From: Smithellaceae bacterium
GTDB lineage: Bacteria; Desulfobacterota; Syntrophia; Syntrophales; Smithellaceae
Direction: 5' to 3'
Length of the DNA stretch: 64,000 nucleotides
Assembly: GCA_963667845.2 (NCBI GenBank)
Contig: CAXXVL010000002.1
Location: 544,001-608,000 of the forward strand
The notes below the pieces were generated by a model. The model saw nothing but the letters and a program-made list of their open reading frames with translations, was not told where the DNA came from and searched no databases. Below, in pieces: positions 37,198 to 49,107 of the stretch. The position numbers and the translations under genes are program-made. The first letter of the stretch is position 1. Each line of letters begins with the position of its first letter.

Positions 37198-37866
37198 ATG
37201 ATCATACTGACGAATTTATCGAAGACTTTTGTAAAAGACGGCAACAAAATTGAAGTCCTGCGGAATCTGAATCTGGAGATTAAGAGGGGTGACTCTCTGG
37301 CCGTTGTCGGCGTTTCCGGCGCCGGCAAGAGCACACTCATTCACATCCTGGGGACGCTGGATCATCCGACGTCCGGGACCCTGGCCCTTGCGGGAAACAA
37401 TGTGTTTGAATGGAGTGAAAAGAAGCTCGCCGCGTTCCGCAATAAGACGATCGGCTTTGTTTTCCAATTTAATAATCTGCTGCCCGAGTTCACCGCGCTG
37501 GAAAACGCGATGATGCCGGCGCTGATCAGTGGCCTTCCCAAAAAAGAGGCAACGGATAAAGCGACTCACCTGCTTGAAGAAGTGGGGCTGGGGCATCGTC
37601 TGAAACATAAACCCGGCGAACTCTCCGGAGGAGAGCAGCAACGGGTAGCTATTGCCCGGGCGCTGGTCATGGAGCCGGAAATCCTGCTCGCCGACGAGCC
37701 CACGGGAAACCTTGACACGGAAACAGGAAAGAAGATAGAAGACATCCTGGTTGAGTTAAACGCGATAAAAAGAATAACATTGATCGTTGTCACGCATAAT
37801 AAACTGCTGGCAGACAGAATGACCGGCAGAATCGGTTTGCGCGACGGGAAAATATATGACTTTTAA
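37198..37866 (+). CDS. lolD: Lipoprotein-releasing ABC transporter ATPase
   Basis: [39 protein letters not shown]. Confidence 0.93.
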   Translation: MIILTNLSKTFVKDGNKIEVLRNLNLEIKRGDSLAVVGVSGAGKSTLIHILGTLDHPTSGTLALAGNNVFEWSEKKLAAFRNKTIGFVFQFNNLLPEFTALENAMMPALISGLPKKEATDKATHLLEEVGLGHRLKHKPGELSGGEQQRVAIARALVMEPEILLADEPTGNLDTETGKKIEDILVELNAIKRITLIVVTHNKLLADRMTGRIGLRDGKIYDF

Positions 37867-40501
37867 TAAAAAAGCCTACACGCTGCTCATCATCCTTTTT
37901 CTTTTTTGCCTGTTCACGGAGGCCCGCGCCGAGGACGTCAAAAAAATATGCATCCTGCCTTTTGCCGTTCACACAAGCGGCGACAGCAGCGCGCTGCAGA
38001 GCTCTGTATACAGCAATGTCGTGAGAACCTTCAGAACTGAAAAGAAGCTTGAAGTTGTCGAATCCGGTGATATTGCCAAAAGTGACGTCATTCTCAGTCA
38101 GGAAAAAGCCGTCGCCGCCGGAAAGGCCCTTGCGGCGGATTATGTCGTCATGGGCAGCATAACGCAGTTCGGAGACACGCTGAATATTGACGCGCAGATC
38201 ATCGATATTCCCCGGGCGGCCGTCTTATCGACTGTATCGGTCCAGAGCAAAGAATCTGCCGGACGAGAGGCACTGGCCGGCGAGTTAAAGAAGGAAATAC
38301 TGGAACGCCTCGGTCTTCTGGATAAGATCGTGCGGATTGAAGTCGCGGGCAACCGTAAAATCGGAGTGGATGCGATTAAACAACAGCTGAAAAGCAAGAT
38401 CGGCAATCCCCTGAACGAAGAGGATATCACGGCGGATATCAAAGCCATCTTCAAAATGGGATTCTTCCTGGATGTCAACGCCCAGGTCAGCTCCGATGCG
38501 CAGGGTAAAGTCATCACCTACACGGTTGTCGAAAGGGGGCTGATCTCGGAAATCCGGCTTGTCGGCAACAAGGCTCTCGACCGGGACGACATTCTGGGCG
38601 CCATGACCGTCAAGACAAGGCAGAGCCTCAACCAGGAAAAAATCAAGGAAGACATACAAAAGATCAAAGCGCTTTATGATACGAAGGGCTACTACAATGC
38701 CGAGATCAATGACCGTCTCGAAAAAGACGGCTTAAAGGATATCGTCCTCATTCTGGACATCAAGGAAAATGATCGGGTTTACGTCCGATCCATCACCTTT
38801 GAGGGGAATGAATCTTTTACGACGAAGGAACTGGTCAATATGATGACCACGACCGAGCGCACGCTGCTGGGTTTCTTTACCGACACGGGCATCCTGCAAA
38901 CCAATCAACTGAAGCAGGATATCCAGAAATTGACCGCCTTCTATTTCAACAGCGGCTTTGTCAACGCCCAGATCGGCGAGCCGATCATCACGCATGACGC
39001 CAAAGGCATTTATATCAAGATCGTTGTCCGGGAGGGCAAACGGTTTAAGATCGGCAAAGTGGAGATATCCGGAGATTTTCTGGAAAAACCCCGGGCCGAC
39101 TTGTTTGCACTTTTGAAAACAAAATCAGGAAATTATTATAATCGAGAAGCGCTTTTAAAGGATATGGAGACGATCACGACGACCGCCAACGATGAAGGCT
39201 TTGCAAATGCCGACGTCAACCCCAAGATTGCCTCCCACGAAAAAGAACAGGTTGTGGATGTGAATTTCCAGTTGACCAAAGGCAGTCTTGTCCATATAGC
39301 CCGCATCGGTATTTCCGGCAATACGATCACTCGCGATAAAGTTATCCGGCGGCAATTGTCCCTTGCGGAAGGAGATTTGTATTCGGCAAGCAAGCTGAAA
39401 GCGGGATATACCAATTTAAATCAGCTGCGCTATTTTGAAGAAGTGGACATCCAGACGGAAAAGACTGCGGACAATAAAATGGATGTTAATATCCGGGTTA
39501 AGGAAAAGAATACTGGCATGTTCATGGTCGGTGCGGGTTACAGCGCTGTCGATGCGGCTGTGATTATGGGTCAGGTCACGCAGCAGAATTTTCTGGGTTA
39601 CGGACAAATATTAAGTTTGAAAGCATCGCTCGGCTCCAAGACCAATAACTATGAATTGTCTTTTACGGAACCCTGGCTTTTCGATCTGCCATTGTGGTGC
39701 AAGGCGGATATCTGGAAATACAAAAGAGAATTTGATTCGTACACCCTGGATACACGCGGTGTGGGGTTGACTCTGGGCTACCCGATTTGGAATAGAATCG
39801 TCGGTTACGTCGGCTATAAACTTGGCATGGACAATATTCAGGACATTAATCGCACGACCGCCTCCTACTATATTCAGGCGCAGGAAGGTGAGCGGGTCAC
39901 CAGCTCCATCACATTTACGCTAGCGTACGATTCCACCGACGACAACATGTTCCCGACCAAGGGCATCAAGACCAGCGCTTCCATGCAGCATGCCGGCATG
40001 CCTCTGGGCGGCAACGCAAAGTTTACAAAATACCAGGCATCCATAGCAGGCTATGTCCCGCTCTTCTGGGAAATCGTTTTTGGCGCCAAGGGCCGGATCG
40101 GGTACCTGCAGAACAATGACGACAGCGACAGCAGAATCCCGATTTATGAACGATTTGTCCTGGGCGGGATCAATTCTCTGCGTGGCTTGCGCTATGTCGG
40201 TCCGGTCGATTCGGGCTCCAGTGATGTCATCGGCGGTACAACGATGTTGAACTTCACAACAGAGCTTGTCTTCCCTCTATTTAAAGATGCCGGATTGAAG
40301 GGCGTCGTCTTTTTTGATGCAGGCAATGCCTGGAACGGCGGATATTACCTTGATGACTTGAGAAAGACGTGCGGCGCGGGTGTCCGCTGGTATTCGCCGA
40401 TCGGTCCTTTGCGTCTGGAATATGGCTATGTGCTCGATCGCGGGCACATCAATGACGGCACTGCGGGCCGGTTTGAATTCACGATCGGCATGATGATGTA
40501 A
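37856..40501 (+). CDS. bamA: Outer membrane protein assembly factor BamA with an extra N-terminal domain
   Basis: POTRA repeats, [11 protein letters not shown] motif, [22 protein letters not shown]. Confidence 0.95.
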   Translation: MTFNKKAYTLLIILFLFCLFTEARAEDVKKICILPFAVHTSGDSSALQSSVYSNVVRTFRTEKKLEVVESGDIAKSDVILSQEKAVAAGKALAADYVVMGSITQFGDTLNIDAQIIDIPRAAVLSTVSVQSKESAGREALAGELKKEILERLGLLDKIVRIEVAGNRKIGVDAIKQQLKSKIGNPLNEEDITADIKAIFKMGFFLDVNAQVSSDAQGKVITYTVVERGLISEIRLVGNKALDRDDILGAMTVKTRQSLNQEKIKEDIQKIKALYDTKGYYNAEINDRLEKDGLKDIVLILDIKENDRVYVRSITFEGNESFTTKELVNMMTTTERTLLGFFTDTGILQTNQLKQDIQKLTAFYFNSGFVNAQIGEPIITHDAKGIYIKIVVREGKRFKIGKVEISGDFLEKPRADLFALLKTKSGNYYNREALLKDMETITTTANDEGFANADVNPKIASHEKEQVVDVNFQLTKGSLVHIARIGISGNTITRDKVIRRQLSLAEGDLYSASKLKAGYTNLNQLRYFEEVDIQTEKTADNKMDVNIRVKEKNTGMFMVGAGYSAVDAAVIMGQVTQQNFLGYGQILSLKASLGSKTNNYELSFTEPWLFDLPLWCKADIWKYKREFDSYTLDTRGVGLTLGYPIWNRIVGYVGYKLGMDNIQDINRTTASYYIQAQEGERVTSSITFTLAYDSTDDNMFPTKGIKTSASMQHAGMPLGGNAKFTKYQASIAGYVPLFWEIVFGAKGRIGYLQNNDDSDSRIPIYERFVLGGINSLRGLRYVGPVDSGSSDVIGGTTMLNFTTELVFPLFKDAGLKGVVFFDAGNAWNGGYYLDDLRKTCGAGVRWYSPIGPLRLEYGYVLDRGHINDGTAGRFEFTIGMMM

Positions 40502-40564
40502 TGATGCGATGAAGCTGCACTTCATTGATGATGTAGATTAAACTTAATGAGAGGAGATTTAAAA

Positions 40565-41095
40565 ATGAAAAGAAATATGTATCTGATTGCAGGATTGGTC
40601 CTGTTTGTTTTTGTCTGGACGAATACGTCGTTTGCCGCCGAGAAGATAGGTTTCATCAATATTCAGGACATCATCCAGCATTCCAACGCCGGCAAGAAAG
40701 CGGCGGAAGAATTTAAAAAGATTTTTGAAAAGAAGCAGGAGAACATCAAAAATATGGAAAACGAGGTCAAGAAATTGAAAGATGATCTCGACAAACAAGC
40801 TGCCGTGATGACGGCCAGCGCACGGAGCGACAAGGAAGCCGCTTATCAGAGAAAATTGCGCGATTACCAGATCCTTGTTGATGACACCAATAAAGAACTC
40901 CAGAAGCGCGATCAGGAGTATTCACAAAGAATGATTCCGGAAATTCTCAAAGTCGTCCGCGCCATCGCTGAAAAAGAAAAATATACCTTGATTCTGGACA
41001 TCGGCACGATGCCGATGCCTTACTATGATAAGGCTTATGATATCAGCAAGAAGGTCATCGAAGATTACAACAAAGCGGCCGCTGCAAAGAAATAA
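40565..41095 (+). CDS. skp: Skp/OmpH periplasmic chaperone
   Basis: Signal peptide, KIGFIN, coiled coil, DISKKVI. Confidence 0.92.
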   Translation: MKRNMYLIAGLVLFVFVWTNTSFAAEKIGFINIQDIIQHSNAGKKAAEEFKKIFEKKQENIKNMENEVKKLKDDLDKQAAVMTASARSDKEAAYQRKLRDYQILVDDTNKELQKRDQEYSQRMIPEILKVVRAIAEKEKYTLILDIGTMPMPYYDKAYDISKKVIEDYNKAAAAKK

Positions 41096-41110
41096 CCGTC
41101 TTGCAATGAC

Positions 41111-42160
41111 ATGGAAAAAAGTATTCAGGAAATAGCCGCCCTGATCGGCGGAACCGTCTGCGGGGACGAAAAAGTCATGATCAGTGATATCCGGCCGATT
41201 GATGAGGCCGGAATCCATGATCTCACTTTTGTCGCCAACCCGAAGTATTTTGCTAAGCTCGCGACGACCGGAGCAGGAGCCATCCTTGTCCCGCCGGGCA
41301 CGGTGGAACCTTGCAAAAATCTGATTATCGTCGCTGATCCTTACTCGGCCTTCGGACAACTCCTGGCGATATTTTACCGCGTCGATCATGGTCCTCGCGG
41401 CATCAGTCCGGACGCCTATGTCGAAAAAGACGCTTCAATCTCCGGGGATGCAACCGTTATGGCTCGCGCCTACATCAGCTCGGGTGCCAGGATTGAAAAG
41501 GGCGCCGTCATTTATCCGGGCGTGTTTATCGGCCGGAACGTTTCCGTAGGCGAGGATACCGTCCTTTACGCCAATGTGAGCATCTATCATAACAGCGTGA
41601 TCGGCCGCCGCGTGATCCTTCATTCCGGCGTTGTAATCGGCGGGGACGGTTTCGGTTTTGCTGCACCCGGCGCGGATAACACCAAAATTCCCCAGGTGGG
41701 CAGCGTACAGATTGATGACGATGTGGAGCTCGGCGCCAATACCACGGTCGACCGCGGCACGCTGGGCAAAACCTGGATTCAACGAAATGTGAAAGTTGAC
41801 AACCTTGTGCAGATTGCCCACAATGTCGTGATCGGTGAAAATACGGTCATTGCCGCTCAAACCGGTATTTCCGGGTCCACGAAAATCGGGAAGAGCGTTA
41901 TTATCGGCGGACAGGTCGGCATCGTCGGCCATATTTCCATCGGCGATCATGCTATGATTATGGCTTCCTCAGGCATCCATAAAGATATTCCGGCAGGCAT
42001 GGTCGGCGGCGGGATGCCTTTTCTTTCCCGCAAAGAATGGCTGAAGGTGGAATCCAGCAAGATTAAGCTTCCTGAATTTCGTTCCAAACTTGAAAAGTTG
42101 ATCAAACAGGTGGAACAGCTGGAAGCAAAAATTACGAAAACAGGTGAAGATCAAACATGA
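41111..42160 (+). CDS. lpxD: UDP-3-O-acylglucosamine N-acyltransferase
   Basis: [32 protein letters not shown]. Confidence 0.96.
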   Translation: MEKSIQEIAALIGGTVCGDEKVMISDIRPIDEAGIHDLTFVANPKYFAKLATTGAGAILVPPGTVEPCKNLIIVADPYSAFGQLLAIFYRVDHGPRGISPDAYVEKDASISGDATVMARAYISSGARIEKGAVIYPGVFIGRNVSVGEDTVLYANVSIYHNSVIGRRVILHSGVVIGGDGFGFAAPGADNTKIPQVGSVQIDDDVELGANTTVDRGTLGKTWIQRNVKVDNLVQIAHNVVIGENTVIAAQTGISGSTKIGKSVIIGGQVGIVGHISIGDHAMIMASSGIHKDIPAGMVGGGMPFLSRKEWLKVESSKIKLPEFRSKLEKLIKQVEQLEAKITKTGEDQT

Positions 42161-42930
42161 AAATTCATCCAACAGCAATTATCGCAGAAGACGTCCAGCT
42201 CGGAGAAGGTGTGGAAATCGGCCCTTATTCGATTATAGGACCAGATGTTAAAATCGGAAAAGACACTGTCATCGGTCCGCACACGGTGATCGATAATTAC
42301 ACCCAAATCGGCGAAGGCTGTAAAATACTGCAATTCTGTTCCATTGGAGCTCCTCCCCAGGATCTTAAATTCGGCGGGGAAAAAACCGGCGTCATTATCG
42401 GAAATTTCAATACGATCCGGGAATATGTCAGCATTCATCGCGGCACGACCGCCGATACCGGAACGACCGTCATCGGTGATCATAACCTGCTCATGGCCTA
42501 TGTCCACATTGCCCATAACTGTAAATTAGGCAGCAATGTCATCATTGCCAATTCGACGGGACTGGCCGGGCACGTCGAGGTTGAAGACTACGCGATCATC
42601 AGTCCGCTTTCCGGTGTCCATCAATTCTGCCGCATCGGCGCGCACTCCATAGTTGGCGGCGCATCGGCCGTGGTCAAGGATATTCCGCCCTACACCATGG
42701 CCAACGGTAATCGGGCCACGCTGTTCGGCCTGAATCTGATCGGGCTGCAGCGACGCGGTTTTCCCGAGAGTTCCATTGCCGCCATCAAACAGGCCTATCG
42801 CATCATTTTCCGTTCCGACCTGCTCCTCGAGGAAGCTCTCGAAAAGGCGCGAAATGAAGTGGAAGACTGCCCGGAAGTGCGGCACTTTATCGACTTTATT
42901 CAAAAATCAAAAAGAAGCATTTGCCGTTAG
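42157..42930 (+). CDS. lpxA: Acyl-ACP:UDP-GlcNAc acyltransferase
   Basis: [37 protein letters not shown]. Confidence 0.96.
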   Translation: MKIHPTAIIAEDVQLGEGVEIGPYSIIGPDVKIGKDTVIGPHTVIDNYTQIGEGCKILQFCSIGAPPQDLKFGGEKTGVIIGNFNTIREYVSIHRGTTADTGTTVIGDHNLLMAYVHIAHNCKLGSNVIIANSTGLAGHVEVEDYAIISPLSGVHQFCRIGAHSIVGGASAVVKDIPPYTMANGNRATLFGLNLIGLQRRGFPESSIAAIKQAYRIIFRSDLLLEEALEKARNEVEDCPEVRHFIDFIQKSKRSICR

Positions 42931-42942
42931 AGAGACAGACCC

Positions 42943-43899
42943 ATGACGAAAAAAAAACCTATCAGAGTTGGGGTGGTCGGCATCGGTCACCTGGGCGGTT
43001 ATCATCTGCAAAAGTACGCGAAGATCGATGGCTGTAAAATTACCGCCCTGTCGGATACCGACCCCGAGAGAGCGAAAAAAGCGGCCGAGGTTTACGGCTG
43101 CGAAGCCTTTACCGACCACCGGGACCTGCTCGACAAAGTGGATGCCGTGAGCATTGCCGTTCCCACCGGCTACCATCACGCGGTCGCCAGGGACTTTCTG
43201 GCTGCGGGCATCGATGTGCTCATTGAGAAGCCGCTTTGCGCCACGGTGAAGGAAGCGGATGACCTTCTCGCGCTGGCGAAGAAGAACAAACTGGTTTTCC
43301 AGGTCGGCTTTGTCGAACGTTTCAATCCGGCGGTGATGGCGCTCGAAAAAGTCATTACACGGCCGGTCTTCATCGAAGTGCACCGTCTCCATCCTTTCTT
43401 TGAACGCGGCACGGATGTGGATGTCATTCTCGATTTAATGATTCACGATCTGGATCTCATTTTGAAGTTCGTCGATTCTCCGCTCACCCGCGTTGAAGCT
43501 GTGGGTGTTCCGGTCCTCTCGGATAAAATTGACATCTCCAATGTGAGATTGACCTTTGCCTGCGGCTGCATCGCCAATGTCACGGCCAGCCGCATCAGTG
43601 TCAAGACCATGCAGAAGCTTCGCTTCTTCGGACCGGAAGGCTACCACGCCGTGGATACCCGCAAACGGGAAATCCTGTCGCTCGCCAAAGTCATGGGCGC
43701 AGACGGCAAGCAGCAGATCATTCAGAACAACATCGACATCAGCGACCATGACCCGCTGGAAGAAGAGGTGCGATCGTTTATCAGCTGTGTGGAAAACCGT
43801 TCGACGCCCGTTGTTTCCGGCGAGGAAGGACGCAAATCGCTGGCGCTCGCTGAAGAGATACTCAAGAAAATGAAAACGCATGAGGACATTCCTTTATGA
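42943..43899 (+). CDS. gnnA: Gfo/Idh/MocA oxidoreductase, GnnA-like UDP-GlcNAc 3-dehydrogenase
   Basis: GVVGIGHLG, IEKP, VERFNP, DVILDLMIHD; lies between lpxA and lpxB. Confidence 0.8.
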   Translation: MTKKKPIRVGVVGIGHLGGYHLQKYAKIDGCKITALSDTDPERAKKAAEVYGCEAFTDHRDLLDKVDAVSIAVPTGYHHAVARDFLAAGIDVLIEKPLCATVKEADDLLALAKKNKLVFQVGFVERFNPAVMALEKVITRPVFIEVHRLHPFFERGTDVDVILDLMIHDLDLILKFVDSPLTRVEAVGVPVLSDKIDISNVRLTFACGCIANVTASRISVKTMQKLRFFGPEGYHAVDTRKREILSLAKVMGADGKQQIIQNNIDISDHDPLEEEVRSFISCVENRSTPVVSGEEGRKSLALAEEILKKMKTHEDIPL

Positions 43900-44990
43900 T
43901 TCCGATGGTTGATTTGAAAAGACAATACAGCCGCTTGAAGAATGAGGTGGATCAGGCCGTGAGTCTTGTCCTGGAACAGACGCAGTTCATTCTCGGACCC
44001 AACGTTGCGGCACTGGAGACGGAAGTCGCCGCTTATCACGGATTGCCTTACGCGGTCGGGTGCGCCAACGGCACGGACGCGCTGCTGCTCGCGCTGCGCG
44101 CCTGCGGCATCGGTGCGGGCGACGAAGTCATCACCACGCCGTTCACATTCATCGCGACGGCGGAAGTCGTGGCTCTCCTGGGCGCGAAACCCGTCTTCGT
44201 CGATATCTGCCCGGATACCTTCAACATCGATCCCGGACAGATCGCCTCCCGGATCAACTCCCGGACAAAAGCAATCATTCCGGTTCATCTATTCGGCCAC
44301 CCCGCCGATATGGCTCCGATTATGGACATCGCCAAGAAACACCGCCTGAAAGTGATTGAAGATTGCGCTCAGGCATTCGGCGCTCAGTATCAGGGACAGA
44401 CGGTCGGCACCTTCGGAGATGCCGGCTGCTTCAGTTTCTTCCCCAGTAAAAATCTGGGCTGCTACGGAGACGGCGGCATGGTCGTTACGTCAAGCGAAGA
44501 GATTGCGGCGAAAATAAAAATGCTCCGCAATCACGGCAGCGCCGTCCGGTATTATCATTCCGAAGTCGGCTACAACAGCCGGCTCGATGAAATCCAGGCC
44601 GCCATCCTCCGTGTAAAGCTGTCCCGGATCGATGAGTTCAATTCGGCGCGCCACGCGAACGCTGCCGCTTACTGCCAGGCTTTGGCCGGTAAAGATATTG
44701 TGTTGCCCTCCGAACGTCGGGGCTGCAAGCATGTGTATCACCAGTTTACCCTGCGTGTGAAGAACCGCGAGGCCATAGCCGAGGCACTTTCGGCCGCGGG
44801 GGTTGCCTCGGCCGTTTACTATCCGGTCCCGCTACATCAGCAGGACGTCTTTCTTAAGATGTACGGCCCGCAGGAAAGTCTGAAGGTCACTGAAACCTGC
44901 GCAAAAGAGGTTCTTTCTCTGCCGATGTTCCCGGAATTAACTCCGGATGAAATCAGGCTGATAACCGATGCGGTCAGTCATGTCCGTTGA
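43896..44990 (+). CDS. gnnB: DegT/DnrJ aminotransferase, GnnB-like
   Basis: ANGTDAL, EDCAQA, SFFPSKNLGCYGDGG, NSRLDEIQAA; adjacent to gnnA. Confidence 0.78.
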   Translation: MIPMVDLKRQYSRLKNEVDQAVSLVLEQTQFILGPNVAALETEVAAYHGLPYAVGCANGTDALLLALRACGIGAGDEVITTPFTFIATAEVVALLGAKPVFVDICPDTFNIDPGQIASRINSRTKAIIPVHLFGHPADMAPIMDIAKKHRLKVIEDCAQAFGAQYQGQTVGTFGDAGCFSFFPSKNLGCYGDGGMVVTSSEEIAAKIKMLRNHGSAVRYYHSEVGYNSRLDEIQAAILRVKLSRIDEFNSARHANAAAYCQALAGKDIVLPSERRGCKHVYHQFTLRVKNREAIAEALSAAGVASAVYYPVPLHQQDVFLKMYGPQESLKVTETCAKEVLSLPMFPELTPDEIRLITDAVSHVR

Positions 44991-46161
44991 AAAAAGCAAA
45001 ATAATCCAGGGCACGGATACAATTCCGCATGGCCCGAAAGTAATGATCGTCGCCGGGGAAGCATCCGGTGATCTGCACGGCTCCTTCCTTGTTCGCGAAA
45101 TGCTGGCCATCAATCCGGCTCTGCACTTCTACGGCATCGGCGGCAACAAAATGAAAGAAGCGGGCGTGAGGCAATTGGCTTCCGCCGCGGATATCGGCGT
45201 GGTCGGTCTCTCGGAAGTTTTTTCGAAGGCCGGAACCTTTATTAAAATCATGGCCAGGATAAGAAGATCCCTGGACCAGCTGAAGCCGAATCTGGTTATC
45301 CTGATCGATTTTCCCGACTTCAATTTGAATATCGTGGCCCGCGCTGCCAAAAAGAGAAATATTAAAATATTTTACTACATCAGCCCGCAAGTTTGGGCCT
45401 GGCGCGAAGGGAGGGTCGAGCAAATCAAAAGACTGGTCGACAAGATGGCCGTTATTCTGCCGTTTGAAGTCGATTTTTACGCTGCACACGGATTTGCCGT
45501 CCATTACGTCGGCCATCCCCTGAGCGATACGGTGAAATCATTGTTTACCAAACGTGAGGCCAGACTCCATTTCGGCCTTGACGAAAAACGAACAACCATT
45601 GGCCTGCTGCCGGGCAGCCGGACCGCGGAAATCAACAGACTACTGCCGGCAATGATGCAGGCGGCACAAATCATTTCCAAAAAGATTCCGGATGCTCAAT
45701 ACATCCTGCCGCTGGCGCACACGCTGGATGAAAATATCGTTGCCTCGATCATTGCCCGATCCGGAATAGAAGTCAAAATTGTTTCGGGGCAGACGTATGA
45801 CGTTCTGGCCTGCTGCGATCTGGCAATTGTGACGTCCGGAACGGCGACACTGGAAACAGGTCTAATGGGTGTGCCCATGATTATCATCTATAAGCTGTCA
45901 CTTTTATCGGAGGTGATGTGCAGATTGATCATCAAGCCGCAGCTGATCGGCCTGGTCAACATCATTGCCGGCAAAATCGTTGCCCCGGAATTGCTTCAGC
46001 GCGACGCCAACGGGCCGCGCATCGCCGCCGAGGCGCTGGCTATCTTACTGAACGAAGGGAAAAAGCAGGAAGTAATCGCCGAGCTTCAGGATATTCGCTC
46101 CAAACTCGGCGAACCCGGCGCAGCAAGAAGAGCTGCGCAAATTGCCTGCGAAATGATATAG
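44980..46161 (+). CDS. lpxB: Lipid-A-disaccharide synthase
   Basis: AGEASGDLHG, IDFPDFN, SPQVWAWR, LLPGSR, SGTATLE. Confidence 0.96.
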   Translation: MSVEKSKIIQGTDTIPHGPKVMIVAGEASGDLHGSFLVREMLAINPALHFYGIGGNKMKEAGVRQLASAADIGVVGLSEVFSKAGTFIKIMARIRRSLDQLKPNLVILIDFPDFNLNIVARAAKKRNIKIFYYISPQVWAWREGRVEQIKRLVDKMAVILPFEVDFYAAHGFAVHYVGHPLSDTVKSLFTKREARLHFGLDEKRTTIGLLPGSRTAEINRLLPAMMQAAQIISKKIPDAQYILPLAHTLDENIVASIIARSGIEVKIVSGQTYDVLACCDLAIVTSGTATLETGLMGVPMIIIYKLSLLSEVMCRLIIKPQLIGLVNIIAGKIVAPELLQRDANGPRIAAEALAILLNEGKKQEVIAELQDIRSKLGEPGAARRAAQIACEMI

Positions 46162-46169
46162 GATCGAAT

Positions 46170-47927
46170 ATGGAAGTATTTAAGCGCCTTTTGAAAATGG
46201 CCAAGCCGTATATCCCGCGATTCATTTTGGCCTCATTGTGCATGCTCATTGTGGGCGCGATGCAGGCCGCTCTGCCTCTGATCTCCCGGCCGGCCATCGA
46301 CAAAATTTTCGTCAGTAAGGATCTGGCCTCTCTGAAATGGATTCCCCTCGCGATTGTGGGCATTTTCCTTCTCAAGGGCCTGGCCACCTACGGACAGGTT
46401 GTTTTGATGAACTCCGTCGGTTTGCGCGTCGTCACGGATCTGCGCAACCGTCTTTATGACTGCATCCAGCGGCAGTCACTGGCTTTTTTTGCGGAGCATC
46501 CGACCGGGGTCCTGATGTCCCGCATCACCAACGACGTCCTGGCGGTTCAGGCCGCCACGTCGGAGGCCGTCACGGCACTGGTGAAAGACAGCTTTACGCT
46601 GATCTGCCTGATCGGCGTCATTTTCTATACCGATTGGAAACTCGCTCTCATCGGCATGATCGTCTTTCCTTTGACCATTTATCCGATTTCCCGCCTCGGC
46701 AAGAAAATGCGCAAAGTGACGACCTCGTCGCAAGTCACGATGGGAACGCTCAATTCCCTCTTGCAGGAAACCATCGCCGGCACCCGGATCGTCAAGGCGT
46801 TTGGCATGGAAAAATATGAAGGCGGTCGATTCAACGCAGAAAGCGAACGACTATTCAAGTTCAGCATGAAACAGGTCACCATCAACGCCATATCCAGTCC
46901 CCTGATGGAATTCCTGGGCGGGCTGGGCATTGCCGCCGTCATCTTCTACGGCGGTTACAACGTTTTGAAGGGCTACTCCACTCCGGGGACTTTCTTTTCC
47001 TTCATTGCCGCCCTGCTCATGCTTTACGAGCCGATCAAGCGTCTTACCAACGTCAATAACACCATCAATCAGGGCATCGCCGGCGGAGAACGAATCTTCA
47101 CAATCATCGACCGCGTCCCGGACATTGAGGATAAACCGGGCGCGGAAAAACTGCCGCCGATTAACGAAGGCATCGATATTCAAAATGTGACGTTTTGCTA
47201 CGAAGAAAAGCCCGTCCTGAAAAACATCAATCTCTCGATCAAAGCGGGTGAAGTCGTCGCCTTTGTCGGAATGAGCGGGGGAGGCAAAACATCTCTGGTC
47301 AATCTGATCCCCCGTTTTTACGATGTTTCCGACGGCCGCATTTTGATTGACGGTCATGACATCCGCAACGTCACACTGCAGTCCCTGCGCAGCCGGATTG
47401 CCATCGTGACACAGCAGACCATCCTTTTCAATGATACCGTCAAGAACAACATTGCTTATGGTGATATCCAGAGAACGGATGAAGATATTTTCAATGCCGC
47501 AAAGGCGGCTAACGCGCATGATTTTATCGTGAACCTCCCTAAAGGGTATGACAGCAACATCGGCGAACTAGGCACCAAGCTCTCCGGCGGCGAAAAGCAG
47601 CGCATTTCCATTGCGCGGGCATTGCTCAAAGACGCGCCGATTCTGATCCTGGATGAGGCAACCTCTTCGCTGGACACGGAGGCGGAAATCGAAGTGCAGG
47701 GTGCGCTGGACAATCTGATGAAAGGGCGCACCACACTGGTCATCGCGCATCGCCTGTCCACCATCCGCAACGCTGACCGGATCATCGCGCTGGTCAACGG
47801 GGAGATCGTCGAAGAAGGCAACCACGAAGCCCTGATGGCCAAAAAGGGCGAATACTACCGGTTATATAATCTGCAATTCAAAGATGAAGGAAATGGCAAT
47901 GATCGATTGGCAAAGGATCTGGAATGA
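46170..47927 (+). CDS. msbA: Lipid A export ABC transporter
   Basis: TM domain plus GMSGGGKT, LSGGEKQR, LDEATS; lies upstream of lpxK. Confidence 0.92.
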   Translation: MEVFKRLLKMAKPYIPRFILASLCMLIVGAMQAALPLISRPAIDKIFVSKDLASLKWIPLAIVGIFLLKGLATYGQVVLMNSVGLRVVTDLRNRLYDCIQRQSLAFFAEHPTGVLMSRITNDVLAVQAATSEAVTALVKDSFTLICLIGVIFYTDWKLALIGMIVFPLTIYPISRLGKKMRKVTTSSQVTMGTLNSLLQETIAGTRIVKAFGMEKYEGGRFNAESERLFKFSMKQVTINAISSPLMEFLGGLGIAAVIFYGGYNVLKGYSTPGTFFSFIAALLMLYEPIKRLTNVNNTINQGIAGGERIFTIIDRVPDIEDKPGAEKLPPINEGIDIQNVTFCYEEKPVLKNINLSIKAGEVVAFVGMSGGGKTSLVNLIPRFYDVSDGRILIDGHDIRNVTLQSLRSRIAIVTQQTILFNDTVKNNIAYGDIQRTDEDIFNAAKAANAHDFIVNLPKGYDSNIGELGTKLSGGEKQRISIARALLKDAPILILDEATSSLDTEAEIEVQGALDNLMKGRTTLVIAHRLSTIRNADRIIALVNGEIVEEGNHEALMAKKGEYYRLYNLQFKDEGNGNDRLAKDLE

Positions 47928-48999
47928 TGATGATTCGATGCGCCGCTTCAGTCCGACACGAGCAATCCTTTATCTTTTCTCGCTCGTCTACCGGCTGATC
48001 GTTCATCTGCGCAACCGGCTCTATGATCGGCAGATTCTCACGTCCTATAAACTGTCTTGCCCGGTCATCAGTGTCGGCAATCTCACGGTCGGCGGCACGG
48101 GAAAGACACCGTGCGTCATCCTGCTTGGTCAGTTGCTGCAGCGGCTTGGCTTTCAGCCGGTTGTCATCAGCCGAGGCTATGGCAGTAAAAGCCCCGGCCC
48201 GGTCAATATTGTTTCCGATGGAAAGAGCATTCTGCTCGACGCTCGGGAAGCCGGAGATGAACCTTTGCTTATCGCCCGCGCGCTGCCGCGCATTCCGGTT
48301 ATTACAGGAGCCAGGCGTGCCCTCACCGGGCAGGCGGCCATTGATCAGTTCGGCGCCCAGGTGTTGATTTGTGATGACGCTTTTCAGCACCGGCAGATTG
48401 TCCGTGACATCGATATCGTTTTGCTTGACGCCGCAAAGCCCCTGGGCAACGGATATCTCCTGCCGCGCGGCTGCCTTCGCGAATCGCTCGACGGTCTTCA
48501 TCGCGCCGATTGCCTGATCCTGACCCGCTCCGAGACTTCACACCCTCTGCATCCGGACATCGCGAAAATTGTCGATGCGGCAGGCATTCCCGTTTTCCGC
48601 GCCTCCCATCGGTTCAGGGACCTGGTCCGGCTGTCTGATAACGAGACATGGCCGCAAGACGATCTTGCCGGCAAAAAAGTTTGCGCTTTCTCGGGGATTG
48701 CCCGACCGGAGTCGTTTAAAAAGGTGTTGCAAGACGCCGGTGCGAACGTTCTTTCATTTATTGAATTTCCGGATCATTATGTCTATAACCGCAATGATCT
48801 GGATGCTATGGAAAAACATTTTGCACCTTTGGGCGCCGACTATTGGATCACCACGGAAAAAGACGCCATGCGCCTCACGCCTTATCCGGATTTTACAAAC
48901 AGGATCTTGATCTTGCGCGTGGAGATGGATATACAGCCATCGACACCGTCTTTTGAAGACTTTATCATGGAGCGGCTTAGGCGCTCGCAGAGCGCTTAG
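47899..48999 (+). CDS. lpxK: Tetraacyldisaccharide 4'-kinase
   Basis: SVGNLTVGGTGKTP, SRGYG, GDEP, DDAFQH, TTEKD. Confidence 0.96.
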   Translation: MIDWQRIWNDDDSMRRFSPTRAILYLFSLVYRLIVHLRNRLYDRQILTSYKLSCPVISVGNLTVGGTGKTPCVILLGQLLQRLGFQPVVISRGYGSKSPGPVNIVSDGKSILLDAREAGDEPLLIARALPRIPVITGARRALTGQAAIDQFGAQVLICDDAFQHRQIVRDIDIVLLDAAKPLGNGYLLPRGCLRESLDGLHRADCLILTRSETSHPLHPDIAKIVDAAGIPVFRASHRFRDLVRLSDNETWPQDDLAGKKVCAFSGIARPESFKKVLQDAGANVLSFIEFPDHYVYNRNDLDAMEKHFAPLGADYWITTEKDAMRLTPYPDFTNRILILRVEMDIQPSTPSFEDFIMERLRRSQSA

Positions 49000-49098
49000 C
49001 TCATAGCTCATGGTTCGTAGCTCGTAGCTCGTAGCTGATAGGACAGTAGATGTAAGAGTTACTTAAAACTTAAAACTTAAATCTTAAAACTTAAAACT
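48996..49098. repeat. Intergenic heptamer tandem repeats (TAGCTCR)n and (CTTAAAA)n
   Basis: Directly visible; 49068-49098 is identical to 54688-54718. Confidence 0.85.
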
Positions 49099-49107
49099 AT
49101 TTTTTTT

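Noticed and set aside
48996..49098. CRISPR array
   Set aside because: Heptamer tandem repeats without unique spacers; no cas genes in the window
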